Shown here: piece after piece, positions 39,175 to 48,825 of the stretch
Layout: each line of letters starts with the position of its first letter
Numbering within the stretch: position 1 is the first letter of the stretch
Source: an uncultured delta proteobacterium
GTDB taxonomy: Bacteria; Myxococcota_A; Polyangia; Polyangiales; Polyangiaceae
DNA length: 64,000 bases
NCBI GenBank assembly: GCA_963806225.1
Contig: CAWDXG010000004.1
Location: forward strand, 224,001-288,000
Direction of reading: 5' to 3'
Program-made: the position numbers and the translations under genes
Notes under the pieces: model-generated
What the model was told of the DNA's origin: nothing
Seen by the model: only the letters and a program-made list of their open reading frames with translations
The model's database searches: none

Positions 39175-40866
39175 ATGCTGACCTTCAGCGCGGATGGGCC
39201 GACCGCCGACAAGCAGATGCGCGCGGTCATCTTCTACCTGACCACCTTCGGGTACATCGACGGCGACTTCGACGACTCGGAGAAGACCTTCGTCCGGGAC
39301 TACATCGCCAAGCTCGTCGAGCACCGCGTCAACGGCGCGATATCGGCCGAGGACGAGCAGCTCCGCGGCGAGCTCAAGCAGAAGTTCACCACCCACTTCC
39401 ACGAAGTGTTCGAGGGCATCGACCACCAGGTGAAGGACCTGTTCGACGAGGCCGTCTCCACCGGCGAAAAGCAGGACGACTTCGTCCACGCCAAGCTCAA
39501 GCTGCGCTGCTTCGAGATTTTCAAGAGCTTCGACCAGGACAACCAGGAACAGCTCATGGACACCATCGACGAGCTGATCCACGCCGATGGGCACGTCCAC
39601 CCTGCGGAAGCCAAGTTCCGGGGCGAGCTGGCGGACCTGCTGGAAGAGGACCTCGGCGTGCAGCTGATCGACGACGGAGCGGCCAAGCCGCCCGTGTCCA
39701 TCGGAAAGCCCGACGCGCCGGCTCCCAGCGTGGAGAACCACCCCTTCTTCGACCAGTTCGAGTTCAACTACACGGCCGACCACGACCGGCTGATGCAGCA
39801 GGTCAACGCCGACGAAGCGTTGATGGACAAGGTCATTGCGACGCTCGAGCAGCAGCGCAAGGTGTCCAGCGCAGGCCTTGCTGGAAAGCAGCGCGTGAGC
39901 GAGTTCAGCGGCCAGGATCCGTTTCTCGACGGGCACGTCTACGTGTGTCCCACCAAGCCCGGTGAGGACTACGAGCTGATCGTCGTCGGCGATCTGCACG
40001 GCTGCTACAGCTGCCTCAAGGCGGTGCTGATGCAGACCGACTTCTTCGCGAAGGTCGGGCGCTTCCAGCAGGACCCGGCCAACAACCCGAATCCCAAGCT
40101 GATCCTGCTCGGCGACTACATCGATCGCGGAATGTTCAGCTACCAGGGTGTGCTCCGCTCGGTGATGCAGCTGTTCGTCACCGCGCCCGAGCACGTCTAC
40201 ATGCTGCGCGGCAACCACGAGTACTACGTCGAGCACCAGGGCAAGGTGTACGGCGCCGTCAGGCCGTCCGAGGCGATGAGCACGCTCAAGCCGCACATCT
40301 CGCAGCAGGTGTTCGCGCACTACATGAAGTTCTTCGATGCGATGCCGAACATGCTCCTGTTCGAGCGCTTCCTGTTCGTGCACGGCGGCATTCCGCGCGA
40401 CCTCACGCTCAAGGAGAAGTACAAGGACCTGTCGAGCCTCAACGACTGGGACATCCGCTTCGAGATGATGTGGAGCGACCCCTCCAGCGCGGACGTGATC
40501 CCGGCCTCGCTGCAGAAGCAGTCGGCGCGCTTCCCGTTCGGACGCCTGCAGAGCCAGGCCTTCCTGCAGCGCATCGGCTGCCACACGCTCATCCGCGGAC
40601 ACGAGAAGGTGGAGGAAGGGTTCCGCCGCGCCTACGACGACGAGAACCAGCTCTTGATCACGCTATTTTCGGCGGGCGGAAAGACGAACGACGATCTGCC
40701 GGCCGAGAGCAGCTACCGCGACGTCACCCCCCGGGCCATGACCATCCGCTTCAAAGACGGGGAAAGCACGATCACACCGCTCACGATCGACTACGAGCGC
40801 TACAACGATCCGAGCAAGAACCGCTTCTTCCAGTCGCCACCGGAGATCCAGCACCGCGCCGACTGA
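39175..40866 (+). CDS. TerB-like domain fused to PPP-family Ser/Thr phosphatase
   Basis: IDGDFDDSE and ADGHVHPAE TerB motifs; GDLHG, GDYIDRG, RGNHE, HGG, WSDP, RGHE, FSA. Confidence 0.88.
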   Translation: MLTFSADGPTADKQMRAVIFYLTTFGYIDGDFDDSEKTFVRDYIAKLVEHRVNGAISAEDEQLRGELKQKFTTHFHEVFEGIDHQVKDLFDEAVSTGEKQDDFVHAKLKLRCFEIFKSFDQDNQEQLMDTIDELIHADGHVHPAEAKFRGELADLLEEDLGVQLIDDGAAKPPVSIGKPDAPAPSVENHPFFDQFEFNYTADHDRLMQQVNADEALMDKVIATLEQQRKVSSAGLAGKQRVSEFSGQDPFLDGHVYVCPTKPGEDYELIVVGDLHGCYSCLKAVLMQTDFFAKVGRFQQDPANNPNPKLILLGDYIDRGMFSYQGVLRSVMQLFVTAPEHVYMLRGNHEYYVEHQGKVYGAVRPSEAMSTLKPHISQQVFAHYMKFFDAMPNMLLFERFLFVHGGIPRDLTLKEKYKDLSSLNDWDIRFEMMWSDPSSADVIPASLQKQSARFPFGRLQSQAFLQRIGCHTLIRGHEKVEEGFRRAYDDENQLLITLFSAGGKTNDDLPAESSYRDVTPRAMTIRFKDGESTITPLTIDYERYNDPSKNRFFQSPPEIQHRAD

Positions 40867-40939
40867 GCCTGCGGAGACACTCTGCCGGGGGGCGGCGCGA
40901 CCGGCTTGGCTTCCCCGCCCCGCTGATGCACGATGGGGC

Positions 40940-41209
40940 ATGGCCTTTGCACTGCCCCGCGGCGAGATCGACAAGCTGATCGAGGAGCTGGAGCTGCTCG
41001 AGAAGAACCCCCGCGACGACCAGCTGCGGCACCGCTGCCTCAGGCGCACCCACGCCATCTGCGACGTGCTTGCCATGGGAGAGCAGCTGGAGGCGCAGGT
41101 GACGAAGCTGGTAGACGCCGACAATGCGCTGCGGGCCTCCAAGCTGATGGCGGTGCTGGCCCAGGGCGGCGCGATGACGCGGCGCTTGAAGTTCAGCAAG
41201 ATGTTCTAG
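40940..41209 (+). CDS. small hypothetical protein
   Basis: 89-aa ORF with good codon bias between two + strand genes. Confidence 0.65.
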   Translation: MAFALPRGEIDKLIEELELLEKNPRDDQLRHRCLRRTHAICDVLAMGEQLEAQVTKLVDADNALRASKLMAVLAQGGAMTRRLKFSKMF

Positions 41210-41274
41210 CGTTTGCAGAGTTGATGCGACGCGTCGCCCAGGGCGGGGAAAATCCGCGGTATGATCGGCGCATC

Positions 41275-42555
41275 ATGCATCGCTTCCTCTTCGCGCTTGC
41301 GCTTTCCATCCTGATCCCCGGGCTCCTGCCGGCCTGCTCCTCGAGCGGCGACGTCGCCAGCAATGCGAATGGCGGCCACTCGGCAGCAGGGGGCTCCGGC
41401 GGCGGCAGCGGCTCCGGCGGGATGGGCGGCATCGGCAGTCAATCCTGCACCGCCAGCGCGGAGTGCGGGACTGGCTATTACTGCAGCAAGGCCGACGTGT
41501 GTCTGGCTGCGGGAAAGTGCGCAGTCAATGCGGACTGCAATGCACCAGACGTCTGCGGCCAGGGCTCGCACACCTGCCTCGCCTCCGGGACCTGCCTGTT
41601 CGCTGGGGACTGCCCCACGGGGCAGACCTGCGACACCACCAGCCACAAGTGCTCGCTGGGCGGAGCCTGCGGCAAGATCGAATTCACGCACATCGCGCCC
41701 AACGTCCTGATCCTGCTCGACCGCAGCGGCAGCATGCACAACGACGCCGGCGGCAACACGCGCTGGAACGTCGCCAAGACGGCTATCCAGAGCGTCACCA
41801 CGACCTACGACGCCGACATCCGCTTTGGCCTGGCCACCTATTCGGCGTGCCTTTCCGGCGGTTGTTCGGCGGGCAGCATCGTGGTGCCGATCGCGCCGAC
41901 CAACGCAGCCAAGGTGAACGGCTTCCTCTCGGACAAGCTCGACCAGGGCAGCTCGAACGGGCAGAACCAGGTCTCCGGCGGCATCCAGTACCTGTGTGAC
42001 AGCGGGGACCCCGAGACGAGCACCGGCAAGAGCCTCCACGCGCTGGCGGGCGAGCCGTCGCTGCAGGACACCACCCGGCAGAACGCCGTGCTCCTGTTGA
42101 CCGACGGGGAAGAGTCGAGCTCGTGCGTGTCGGGCGGCAAGGACGGGCCGACCAGCGCCGCCGAGCTGCTTGCGCAGTCACCTTCCGTGAAGACGTTCGT
42201 GGTCGGGCTCGGCGTCAACGCCTCGAGCCTGGACGCCGTCGCCCAGGCGGGCGGCACCGGAAAGCTCGTCTCCGCCCAGAACCAGACCGAGCTCAACGCC
42301 GCGCTCGACAGCATCGCGTCGCAGATCAGCTCCTGCGATCTCAAGCTCGGCACGGTTCCGCCGGACCCGACGCAGGTCTACGTCTACTTCAACGGCGACT
42401 CCTCGGGCGTCGCCAACGACCCGAACAACGGCTTTTCCTACGACCCCGCCACCAACACCATCCACTTCCACGGCGCCGCCTGCGACAGCATCCAGCAGAA
42501 GCACGTCAACAGCATCGTGGTCGGCTTCGGTTGCAAGGGCCAGATCCCGAGCTAG
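41275..42555 (+). CDS. VWA-domain Cys-rich lipoprotein
   Basis: Lipobox LPAC; DRSGSM MIDAS motif and LLTDGE. Confidence 0.88.
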   Translation: MHRFLFALALSILIPGLLPACSSSGDVASNANGGHSAAGGSGGGSGSGGMGGIGSQSCTASAECGTGYYCSKADVCLAAGKCAVNADCNAPDVCGQGSHTCLASGTCLFAGDCPTGQTCDTTSHKCSLGGACGKIEFTHIAPNVLILLDRSGSMHNDAGGNTRWNVAKTAIQSVTTTYDADIRFGLATYSACLSGGCSAGSIVVPIAPTNAAKVNGFLSDKLDQGSSNGQNQVSGGIQYLCDSGDPETSTGKSLHALAGEPSLQDTTRQNAVLLLTDGEESSSCVSGGKDGPTSAAELLAQSPSVKTFVVGLGVNASSLDAVAQAGGTGKLVSAQNQTELNAALDSIASQISSCDLKLGTVPPDPTQVYVYFNGDSSGVANDPNNGFSYDPATNTIHFHGAACDSIQQKHVNSIVVGFGCKGQIPS

Positions 42556-42583
42556 CCGACAATAAACGCGACGCGGAGAACTT

Positions 42584-42964
42584 TCAGTAAGGCACGTCAG
42601 GCAACAAGCACAGCCGGAGGTGCTGCACGACACAGCGTACCTTGGTTCGATTGGCAGCCATGGAACACGACACGAGCTCCGCGCTGGCCGGCATGCCGCC
42701 ACCTGGTGGCGCCAGGTACTCGAGCTCCCAGCAGGCCTGGCGACAGTCGGAGTAGGAGCGCGTGAGCACGTGCTCACTGGTCTCGGGCGGACCTGCGGGT
42801 CCCGGCTGGCACTGCCCGGCAGGCTGCGGCGCCGGCTGGACCGTCGGCTGCGGCGCCGGCTGGACCGCCGACTGCGGCGCCGGCTGGACCGCCGGCTGCG
42901 GCGCCGGAGCACACGCCACCGCCGCGCCGAGGGCCAGCGCCAGAGCCAGCTTCGCCCGGATCAC
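42584..42964 (-). CDS. small Cys-rich lipoprotein with QPAVQPAP repeats
   Basis: LALALALGAAVAC lipobox; 24-bp repeats at about 42822-42906. Start uncertain. Confidence 0.5.
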   Translation of the reverse strand: MIRAKLALALALGAAVACAPAPQPAVQPAPQSAVQPAPQPTVQPAPQPAGQCQPGPAGPPETSEHVLTRSYSDCRQACWELEYLAPPGGGMPASAELVSCSMAANRTKVRCVVQHLRLCLLPDVPY

Positions 42965-43236
42965 CACCGAGCGCCCCGGGGCGGGTCGACGCGGTGCAAG
43001 GCCTCGGCGATCGAGCCGCGCGCAGGCTCGACCGACGGCCGCCGTGAACGCGGCAACGAGGAGACAACCCCCGCGCGACATGGCAGCCAGAATACCGCAC
43101 GGAGTCCGTCAGCGAAGGCTCCGGCGAGGTGTCTCCGCGCTGACCGCAGGAGCTGTTCGAGCGCTCCGACGACGGCAGCGACGACCTCGGCCGATGACAC
43201 GAAGTGATCGCAGGGTCGCAAGCTATCGGAATCGTT

Positions 43237-43311
<75 letters not shown>

Positions 43312-43477
43312 TTAGCGGTGGACGCGGTTCATAGCACACGGCCCAGCGCTCTCAACAGGAGAAATTCGCGTGCGCAGACGCGAATTTGCGCGCCCTGCGG
43401 CCGCTGGGCCGGGGGCGGATGGTGCTGTAACGATCCCTGCACCGCGTTCGTACCCAACTGTAGCCCGACCCGCGCCG

Positions 43478-44221
43478 ATGCCATCCCGAACCACCTCTTC
43501 TGCCACCCCGGGCCTCAAGCTCGCCATCGGGCTTTCGGCGCTGGCGGCGGGAGTGATCCTGTCGTTCCTGCTTCCGACGCGAAGCTGGGTGCTCGAGCTG
43601 GCCGGCTGGGTCCGCGGCGCCGGAGCGGCTGGTGTCGCGCTCTACGCCGGTGTGTACGTGCTGGGCACGCTGATGTTCTTCCCCGGTGCGCTGCTCACTC
43701 TGGCGGCGGGCTTCGCGTACGGGCCGCTCTGGGGCACGCTCATCGTCTGGCCGACGGCCACCCTCGCCTCGACGTTGGCCTTCGTCACGGGGCGGTTCGT
43801 GGCCCGCGACTGGGTCGCGGCCAGGGCCGCGCGCCACCCCCGCTTCGACGCGCTCGATCAAGCCGTGGGTCGTCGCGGCTTCCGCATCGTGTTGCTTCTG
43901 CGCCTCAGCCCGCTCTTCCCGTTCAATTTCCTCAACTACACCCTGGGCCTCACCAGTCTGAGGCTCGGCGACTACGTCCTGGCGTCGCTCGTCGGCATGC
44001 TGCCGGGGACGATCCTGTACGTGTACCTCGGCTCGCTGGTGACGAGCGCCAGCGCGCTCACAACCGGACGTGGCGGCGCAGGCTGGGCCGGCTCCGCGCT
44101 GTACTGGGTGGGACTCGGGGCAACCGTTGCGGTAACCCTGGTGCTCACCCGGCTCGCCCGCCGCGAGCTTTCGAGGACCTTCGGCGACAACGACCGAGAG
44201 GGCGGAGAGGCCCCCACATGA
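43478..44221 (+). CDS. TVP38/TMEM64 (DedA-like) membrane protein
   Basis: LLLRLSPLFPFNFLNYTLG...GMLPGT. Confidence 0.9.
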   Translation: MPSRTTSSATPGLKLAIGLSALAAGVILSFLLPTRSWVLELAGWVRGAGAAGVALYAGVYVLGTLMFFPGALLTLAAGFAYGPLWGTLIVWPTATLASTLAFVTGRFVARDWVAARAARHPRFDALDQAVGRRGFRIVLLLRLSPLFPFNFLNYTLGLTSLRLGDYVLASLVGMLPGTILYVYLGSLVTSASALTTGRGGAGWAGSALYWVGLGATVAVTLVLTRLARRELSRTFGDNDREGGEAPT

Positions 44222-45771
44222 CAGAGCCCATAGCAGCGGACACGCCGTCCGGGCGCGTGGTCGACGCACACGTACGCCGGCTCATCCAGCCCAACGACGA
44301 GCACAACCGGCGGCTGATCGACAACGTCCATCCCGCCAGCTGGGAAAACCCCGAACCCGCCGATCGCTACAACCTGGTGGTGATCGGTGGGGGCACGGCA
44401 GGACTGGTCTCGGCCATGGGCGCGGCAGCACTGGGCGCCCGCGTCGCGCTCGTCGAACGCCACCTGCTCGGCGGCGACTGCCTGGTGACCGGCTGTGTTC
44501 CCTCGAAAGCGCTGCTCTACGCAGCCCAGAGTGCCCACAGCGCGCGGCATGCGGGCAGCTTCGGCATCGAGGTCGACGCGCCGCGCGTGGACTTCGCCCG
44601 GGTGATGGAACGCCTGCGCGCTGTGCGCGCGGATATCGCTCCTCACGACTCGGCCGCCCGCCTGAAGACAGCCGGAGTCAACGTCTTCCTGGGAGAAGCA
44701 CGCTTCGTCGAACGCGACGCGGTGCAGGTCGACGGCAAACAACTCCGCTTCCGCCGCGCCGTCATCGCGACCGGTGCGCGACCAGCACCGCTGGCCGTCG
44801 AAGGCCTGCAGCAGGTCGGCTACCTCACCAGCGATACGCTGTTCCAGCTCGCGGAGCTCCCGCGCCGGCTTCTGGTCATCGGCGCGGGGCCCATCGGCTG
44901 CGAGATGGCCCAGGCACTCGGTCGACTCGGCGCCGAGGTCACGCTTCTGGACCGCGCGGAGCGCGTGCTGCCTCGCGATGCCCCGCGAGCAAGCTCCATC
45001 CTCGGCAAGCGCTTCGAGCAGGAGGGCATCGCCCTGCGCCTAGGCGTCGGCCTCGAGCGGGTGGAGCGCGTCGACGGCGCGCGGCGCGTCCACTATTCGG
45101 GCGCGGACGGGCCCGGACACTGCGATGTAGACGCGATCCTGCTGGCGGTCGGGCGCTTGGCCAACGTGGAAGGTCTGGGCCTGCAATCCGCCGGCGTCGC
45201 CGCCGACGACAAGGGCGTGGTCGTCGACGACAGGCTCCGCACATCCAACCGCCGCATCTACGCGGCCGGCAACGTCTGCTCGAGTTTCAAGTTCACGCAC
45301 GCCGCCGACGCGATGGCTCGCGTGGTGTTGAAGAACGCGCTGTTTTCCGGCCGGCAGAAAGCCAGCTCGCTCGTGCTGCCCTGGGCAACCTACACCGACC
45401 CGGAGGTAGCCCACGTCGGAGTCGGCGCCGAGGAGGCCGCAGCTCGCAAGCTTCCGAGCGTGGCGGTCGAACTGCACGAGATCGATCGCGCCCGGCTCGA
45501 AGCCGACGACGACGGCTACGGCGAGGTGCACTACCGCGGCAAGGGGCGCATCCTGGGCGCCACGCTGGTCGCGCGGCACGCGGGCGATCTGATCGGCGAG
45601 CTCTGCCTGGCGATGAACGCCGGAGTCGGCCTGGGCAGCATCGCGGACACCGTCCATCCCTACCCTTCCAGCGCGGAGCTGGTGAAGCGACTCGGCGACA
45701 CCTACAACCGCACGCGGCTCACGCCCGGTGCGGCGCGCTGGCTCGCACGCTGGCTGAGGTGGACGCGGTGA
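44218..45771 (+). CDS. FAD-dependent pyridine nucleotide-disulfide oxidoreductase (mercuric-reductase-like family)
   Basis: GGGTAG, GGDCLVTGCVPSK, GAGPIG, HPYP; lacks the MerA C-terminal Cys pair. Confidence 0.88.
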   Translation: MTEPIAADTPSGRVVDAHVRRLIQPNDEHNRRLIDNVHPASWENPEPADRYNLVVIGGGTAGLVSAMGAAALGARVALVERHLLGGDCLVTGCVPSKALLYAAQSAHSARHAGSFGIEVDAPRVDFARVMERLRAVRADIAPHDSAARLKTAGVNVFLGEARFVERDAVQVDGKQLRFRRAVIATGARPAPLAVEGLQQVGYLTSDTLFQLAELPRRLLVIGAGPIGCEMAQALGRLGAEVTLLDRAERVLPRDAPRASSILGKRFEQEGIALRLGVGLERVERVDGARRVHYSGADGPGHCDVDAILLAVGRLANVEGLGLQSAGVAADDKGVVVDDRLRTSNRRIYAAGNVCSSFKFTHAADAMARVVLKNALFSGRQKASSLVLPWATYTDPEVAHVGVGAEEAAARKLPSVAVELHEIDRARLEADDDGYGEVHYRGKGRILGATLVARHAGDLIGELCLAMNAGVGLGSIADTVHPYPSSAELVKRLGDTYNRTRLTPGAARWLARWLRWTR

Positions 45772-47114
45772 GCGCGCGCGGCACGCTGTGTGTCTTCGCC
45801 AAGGCTCCCGTCGCAGGCCGCGTCAAGACGCGCCTTGCCCGCACGCTCGGCGACACTGCAGCAGCCGGGCTTTCCCGCGCGTTCCTTCTGGATACCTGGG
45901 CGCTGGCGACGCGCCGCGACGCCGCGCACACGCTACTCGCCTTCACCGGTGACGCGGCCGCGCTTCCCGATCTCGCCCCGCGTCCGGAGATCCGCGAACA
46001 GGGCGACGGCGATCTGGGCACGCGAATGGAACGCATCCTGTCGCGCGCCCTGGCGGACGGCGCGCCCTGGGCGATGGTGCTGGGCACCGATCTGCCCGGT
46101 CTGCCCGCCTCGCGACTCGCTGATGCGGCCCGGGCACTCGACAAGGGCGCTCCGGCGGTGCTCGGCCCTACGGACGACGGCGGCTTCTACCTGCTCGGCC
46201 TGTCGCGCTGCCCGCCGGGCCTGCTCTCCGGACTGCCATGGAGCACCCGCTCGACCCGCCGCCGAACGCTCGAACGGCTGCGGGAATGGGGTCTCGAACC
46301 CCGCGTGCTCGACAGCTGGTACGACGTCGATGAGCCGCAGGACCTCGAGCGCGTGCGCCGCGACCTCCGCGCGGGGCGTATCCGCGCGCCCCACACCGCG
46401 CGCGCCCTCTCGCAAACCGCGCCGCGGATCAGCGTCGTCCTGCCCGTCCTCGACGAGGAAGCCCGCATCGGCGTCCGGCTCGACGAGCTCGCGGCCATGC
46501 CGGGTATCGACGAGATCGTGGTCGTGGACGGCGGGAGCCGCGACCGGAGCCGGGAGATCGTGGCGGCTCACCCCACCGGAAATCTCCGGCTCCTGTCGGC
46601 GCCGCGTGGCCGGGCGCGGCAGATGAATGCCGGCGCACGCGCCGCGAGGGGCTCGGTGCTGCTGTTCCTCCACGCCGACAGCCAGTTGCCTGTCGACGCC
46701 GTGCATTGGGTCGAGCACACGCTGGCCGCACCGGACACCGTTGCTGGCGCTTTCCGTACCTGGCACGTGGCCGACACCGAGCCCGGGAGGCGCGCGCTCT
46801 GGCTGCACCTGGCCGACCTTCGATCGCGCCTGTCGCGGACGCCCTACGGCGACCAGGCGTTGTTCGTCCGCCGTAGTGTGTTCGAGAGCCTGGGCGGGTT
46901 CGCACCCATCGAGCTGATGGAGGACCTGGAGCTATCGCGCCGACTCCGCCGCGCCGGCCGGATCCGGGTCGCACCCGCGAGCGTGAAGGTCTCCGGTCGC
47001 CGTTTCCTGGCCCATCCCGTGCGCGACACGCTGATGGTGAACGCATTCCCCCTCCTGTTCCGGCTCGGCGTGCCACCCGCGCTGCTCGCCCGCGCCTACC
47101 GGGACACCCGCTGA
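45768..47114 (+). CDS. fused TIGR04282-like and TIGR04283-like (arsenosugar-associated) glycosyltransferases
   Basis: FAKAPVAGRVKTRL, QGDGDLG, GPTDDGGFYL, DVDE; then VVDGGS, GRARQMNAGA, LFLHAD, YGDQ, LMED. Confidence 0.88.
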   Translation: MSARGTLCVFAKAPVAGRVKTRLARTLGDTAAAGLSRAFLLDTWALATRRDAAHTLLAFTGDAAALPDLAPRPEIREQGDGDLGTRMERILSRALADGAPWAMVLGTDLPGLPASRLADAARALDKGAPAVLGPTDDGGFYLLGLSRCPPGLLSGLPWSTRSTRRRTLERLREWGLEPRVLDSWYDVDEPQDLERVRRDLRAGRIRAPHTARALSQTAPRISVVLPVLDEEARIGVRLDELAAMPGIDEIVVVDGGSRDRSREIVAAHPTGNLRLLSAPRGRARQMNAGARAARGSVLLFLHADSQLPVDAVHWVEHTLAAPDTVAGAFRTWHVADTEPGRRALWLHLADLRSRLSRTPYGDQALFVRRSVFESLGGFAPIELMEDLELSRRLRRAGRIRVAPASVKVSGRRFLAHPVRDTLMVNAFPLLFRLGVPPALLARAYRDTR

Positions 47115-47353
47115 CCGACTGGTCAGGCGTTGTCGTCTCACCGCGACGCTTGCGCAGACCCACACCAGCGGCGAAACCGTTGCGGACCGATCTCGCCACG
47201 CCAAGAGGCGCCGGTTCCCGGACGCGCGACTCCCGCGAAACGCCGAAACGCGTGCGCTCGTGACGTCCCGGCAGCTATCGCCCGGGCGCGTGCGCAGGCT
47301 GAAACAGGGGTTACATGCAATCCGGTGACTCCGACGATCTCGCACACACTGTC

Positions 47354-47369
47354 CGGCACGCTTGCTGCA
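47354..47369 (+). promoter_or_regulatory. sigma54-type -24/-12 promoter candidate
   Basis: CGGCACGCTTGCTGCA with GG and GC separated by 10 nt. Confidence 0.6.
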
Positions 47370-47379
47370 AGGTTGTGCA

Positions 47380-47617
47380 CCTGCTGGCGGTGGCCGGCGG
47401 AAACGGAGCACACCAACCGGACTAGCATTTTCTCCCACCCGACATGATCAATCACCGGACCCACCATGCTGGGGGGCAATGGCGGGACCGTAGGGGGGAT
47501 CTGGGGGGGCGAATGGGGTCGCCCGCCGAAAGGCGGGCGGCCCCGTCACTTGCCGCTGTGCGGAGAACACGTACGGGGGCCGCTCTACGGGGGTTGAGCG
47601 GCCCCCGTTTTCTATTT
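47380..47617 (+). ncRNA. candidate sRNA (G-rich, two strong hairpins)
   Basis: Follows the sigma54 motif; GGGGTCGCCCGCC-GAAA-GGCGGGCGGCCCC hairpin; ends in a terminator. Confidence 0.5.
47573..47617 (+). terminator. intrinsic terminator
   Basis: ACGGGGGCCGCTC-loop-GAGCGGCCCCCGT followed by TTTCTATTT. Confidence 0.8.
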
Positions 47618-47646
47618 CCGGAGCGCGCCCTCGCGCGGGTCGACGT

Positions 47647-48753
47647 TCAGGGCGCGAAGGGCTCGTAGTCGAGGTCGAACGTGGCGGCCACAGCGCGGTT
47701 GGTGACCTTGCCCTGGTGGATGTTCACGGCGCTGATGAGCCGCGGGTCCTTGTCGGTCGCAGTTTCGATGCCGTGCTCGGCGATCTTGAAAGCGTACGGC
47801 AGGGTCACGTTACACAACGCGTACGTGCTGGTGCGGCCGACCGCTCCCGGCATGTTGGCCACGCAGTAGTGCACCACTTCGTCGACGATGAACGTCGGAT
47901 CGCCGTGCGTGGTCGGATGCGTGGTCTCGACACAGCCGCCCTGGTCCACCGCCACGTCGACGATCACGCTGCCCGGCTTCATGCGCGACAGATCAGCCTT
48001 GTCGATCAGTCGCGGAGCCCGCGCGCCCTCGATCAACACCGCGCCGATGACCAGATCGGCCAACGCCAGCTGCTCCCGGATGGTGTGGCGATCGCTGAAC
48101 ACGGTGGTGACGTTCTTCGGCATGATGTCGTCGAGGTAGCGGAGCCGCTCGACATTCACGTCGAGGATCGTCACGCTGGCGCCGAAACCCGCAGCGATCT
48201 TCGCTGCATTCGTGCCGACGATGCCGCCACCCAGCACCATGATGTGGGCGGGATGCACACCCGGCACGCCTCCGAGCAGGATGCCGCGGCCGTCCTGCGG
48301 GCGCTCCAGGTACTTCGCCCCTTCCTGGATGCTCATGCGACCCGCCACCTCGCTCATCGGGGTGAGCAGCGGCAACCGACCTTCCTCGTCGCGGAGCGTT
48401 TCGTAGGCGACTGCTGTGGCGCCGGACTCGAGCACGCCGCGAGTGAGCTTCTCGTCCGCAGCGAAGTGGAAGTACGTAAAGAGGGTCTGCCCGTTGCGGA
48501 GCAGCGGGATCTCGTCAGGCTGCGGTTCCTTGACCTTCACGATCAGGTTGGCATTCCCCCAGATCTCGTCGCGCGAAGCGACGAACTTCGCGCCGTTCTT
48601 CTCGTACTCGGCGTCGGAGAGCCCACTACCGAGCCCCGCACCTCTCTCGACCAGGACCGTGTGTCCCGCGCGCACCAGCTCCTCGACGCCGACGGGCAGC
48701 ATCGCGATGCGGTACTCGTGTGCCTTGATCTCCTTGGGTACCCCGACAATCAT
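47647..48753 (-). CDS. ald: alanine dehydrogenase
   Basis: [48 protein letters not shown]. Confidence 0.96.
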   Translation of the reverse strand: MIVGVPKEIKAHEYRIAMLPVGVEELVRAGHTVLVERGAGLGSGLSDAEYEKNGAKFVASRDEIWGNANLIVKVKEPQPDEIPLLRNGQTLFTYFHFAADEKLTRGVLESGATAVAYETLRDEEGRLPLLTPMSEVAGRMSIQEGAKYLERPQDGRGILLGGVPGVHPAHIMVLGGGIVGTNAAKIAAGFGASVTILDVNVERLRYLDDIMPKNVTTVFSDRHTIREQLALADLVIGAVLIEGARAPRLIDKADLSRMKPGSVIVDVAVDQGGCVETTHPTTHGDPTFIVDEVVHYCVANMPGAVGRTSTYALCNVTLPYAFKIAEHGIETATDKDPRLISAVNIHQGKVTNRAVAATFDLDYEPFAP

Positions 48754-48825
48754 GGAATCGTCCCTCCGCGTGCGGATGCCCGCGTTTTCGCACTTTGGCG
48801 GGCTGGATGACAACCGCGAAACCAG

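Noticed and set aside
44218..45771. merA mercury resistance gene
   Set aside because: No C-terminal Cys pair, no N-terminal HMA domain and no mer operon.
47444..47668. 74-aa ORF in the sRNA candidate region
   Set aside because: Runs through both hairpins and the terminator, with atypical composition and no recognisable motif.
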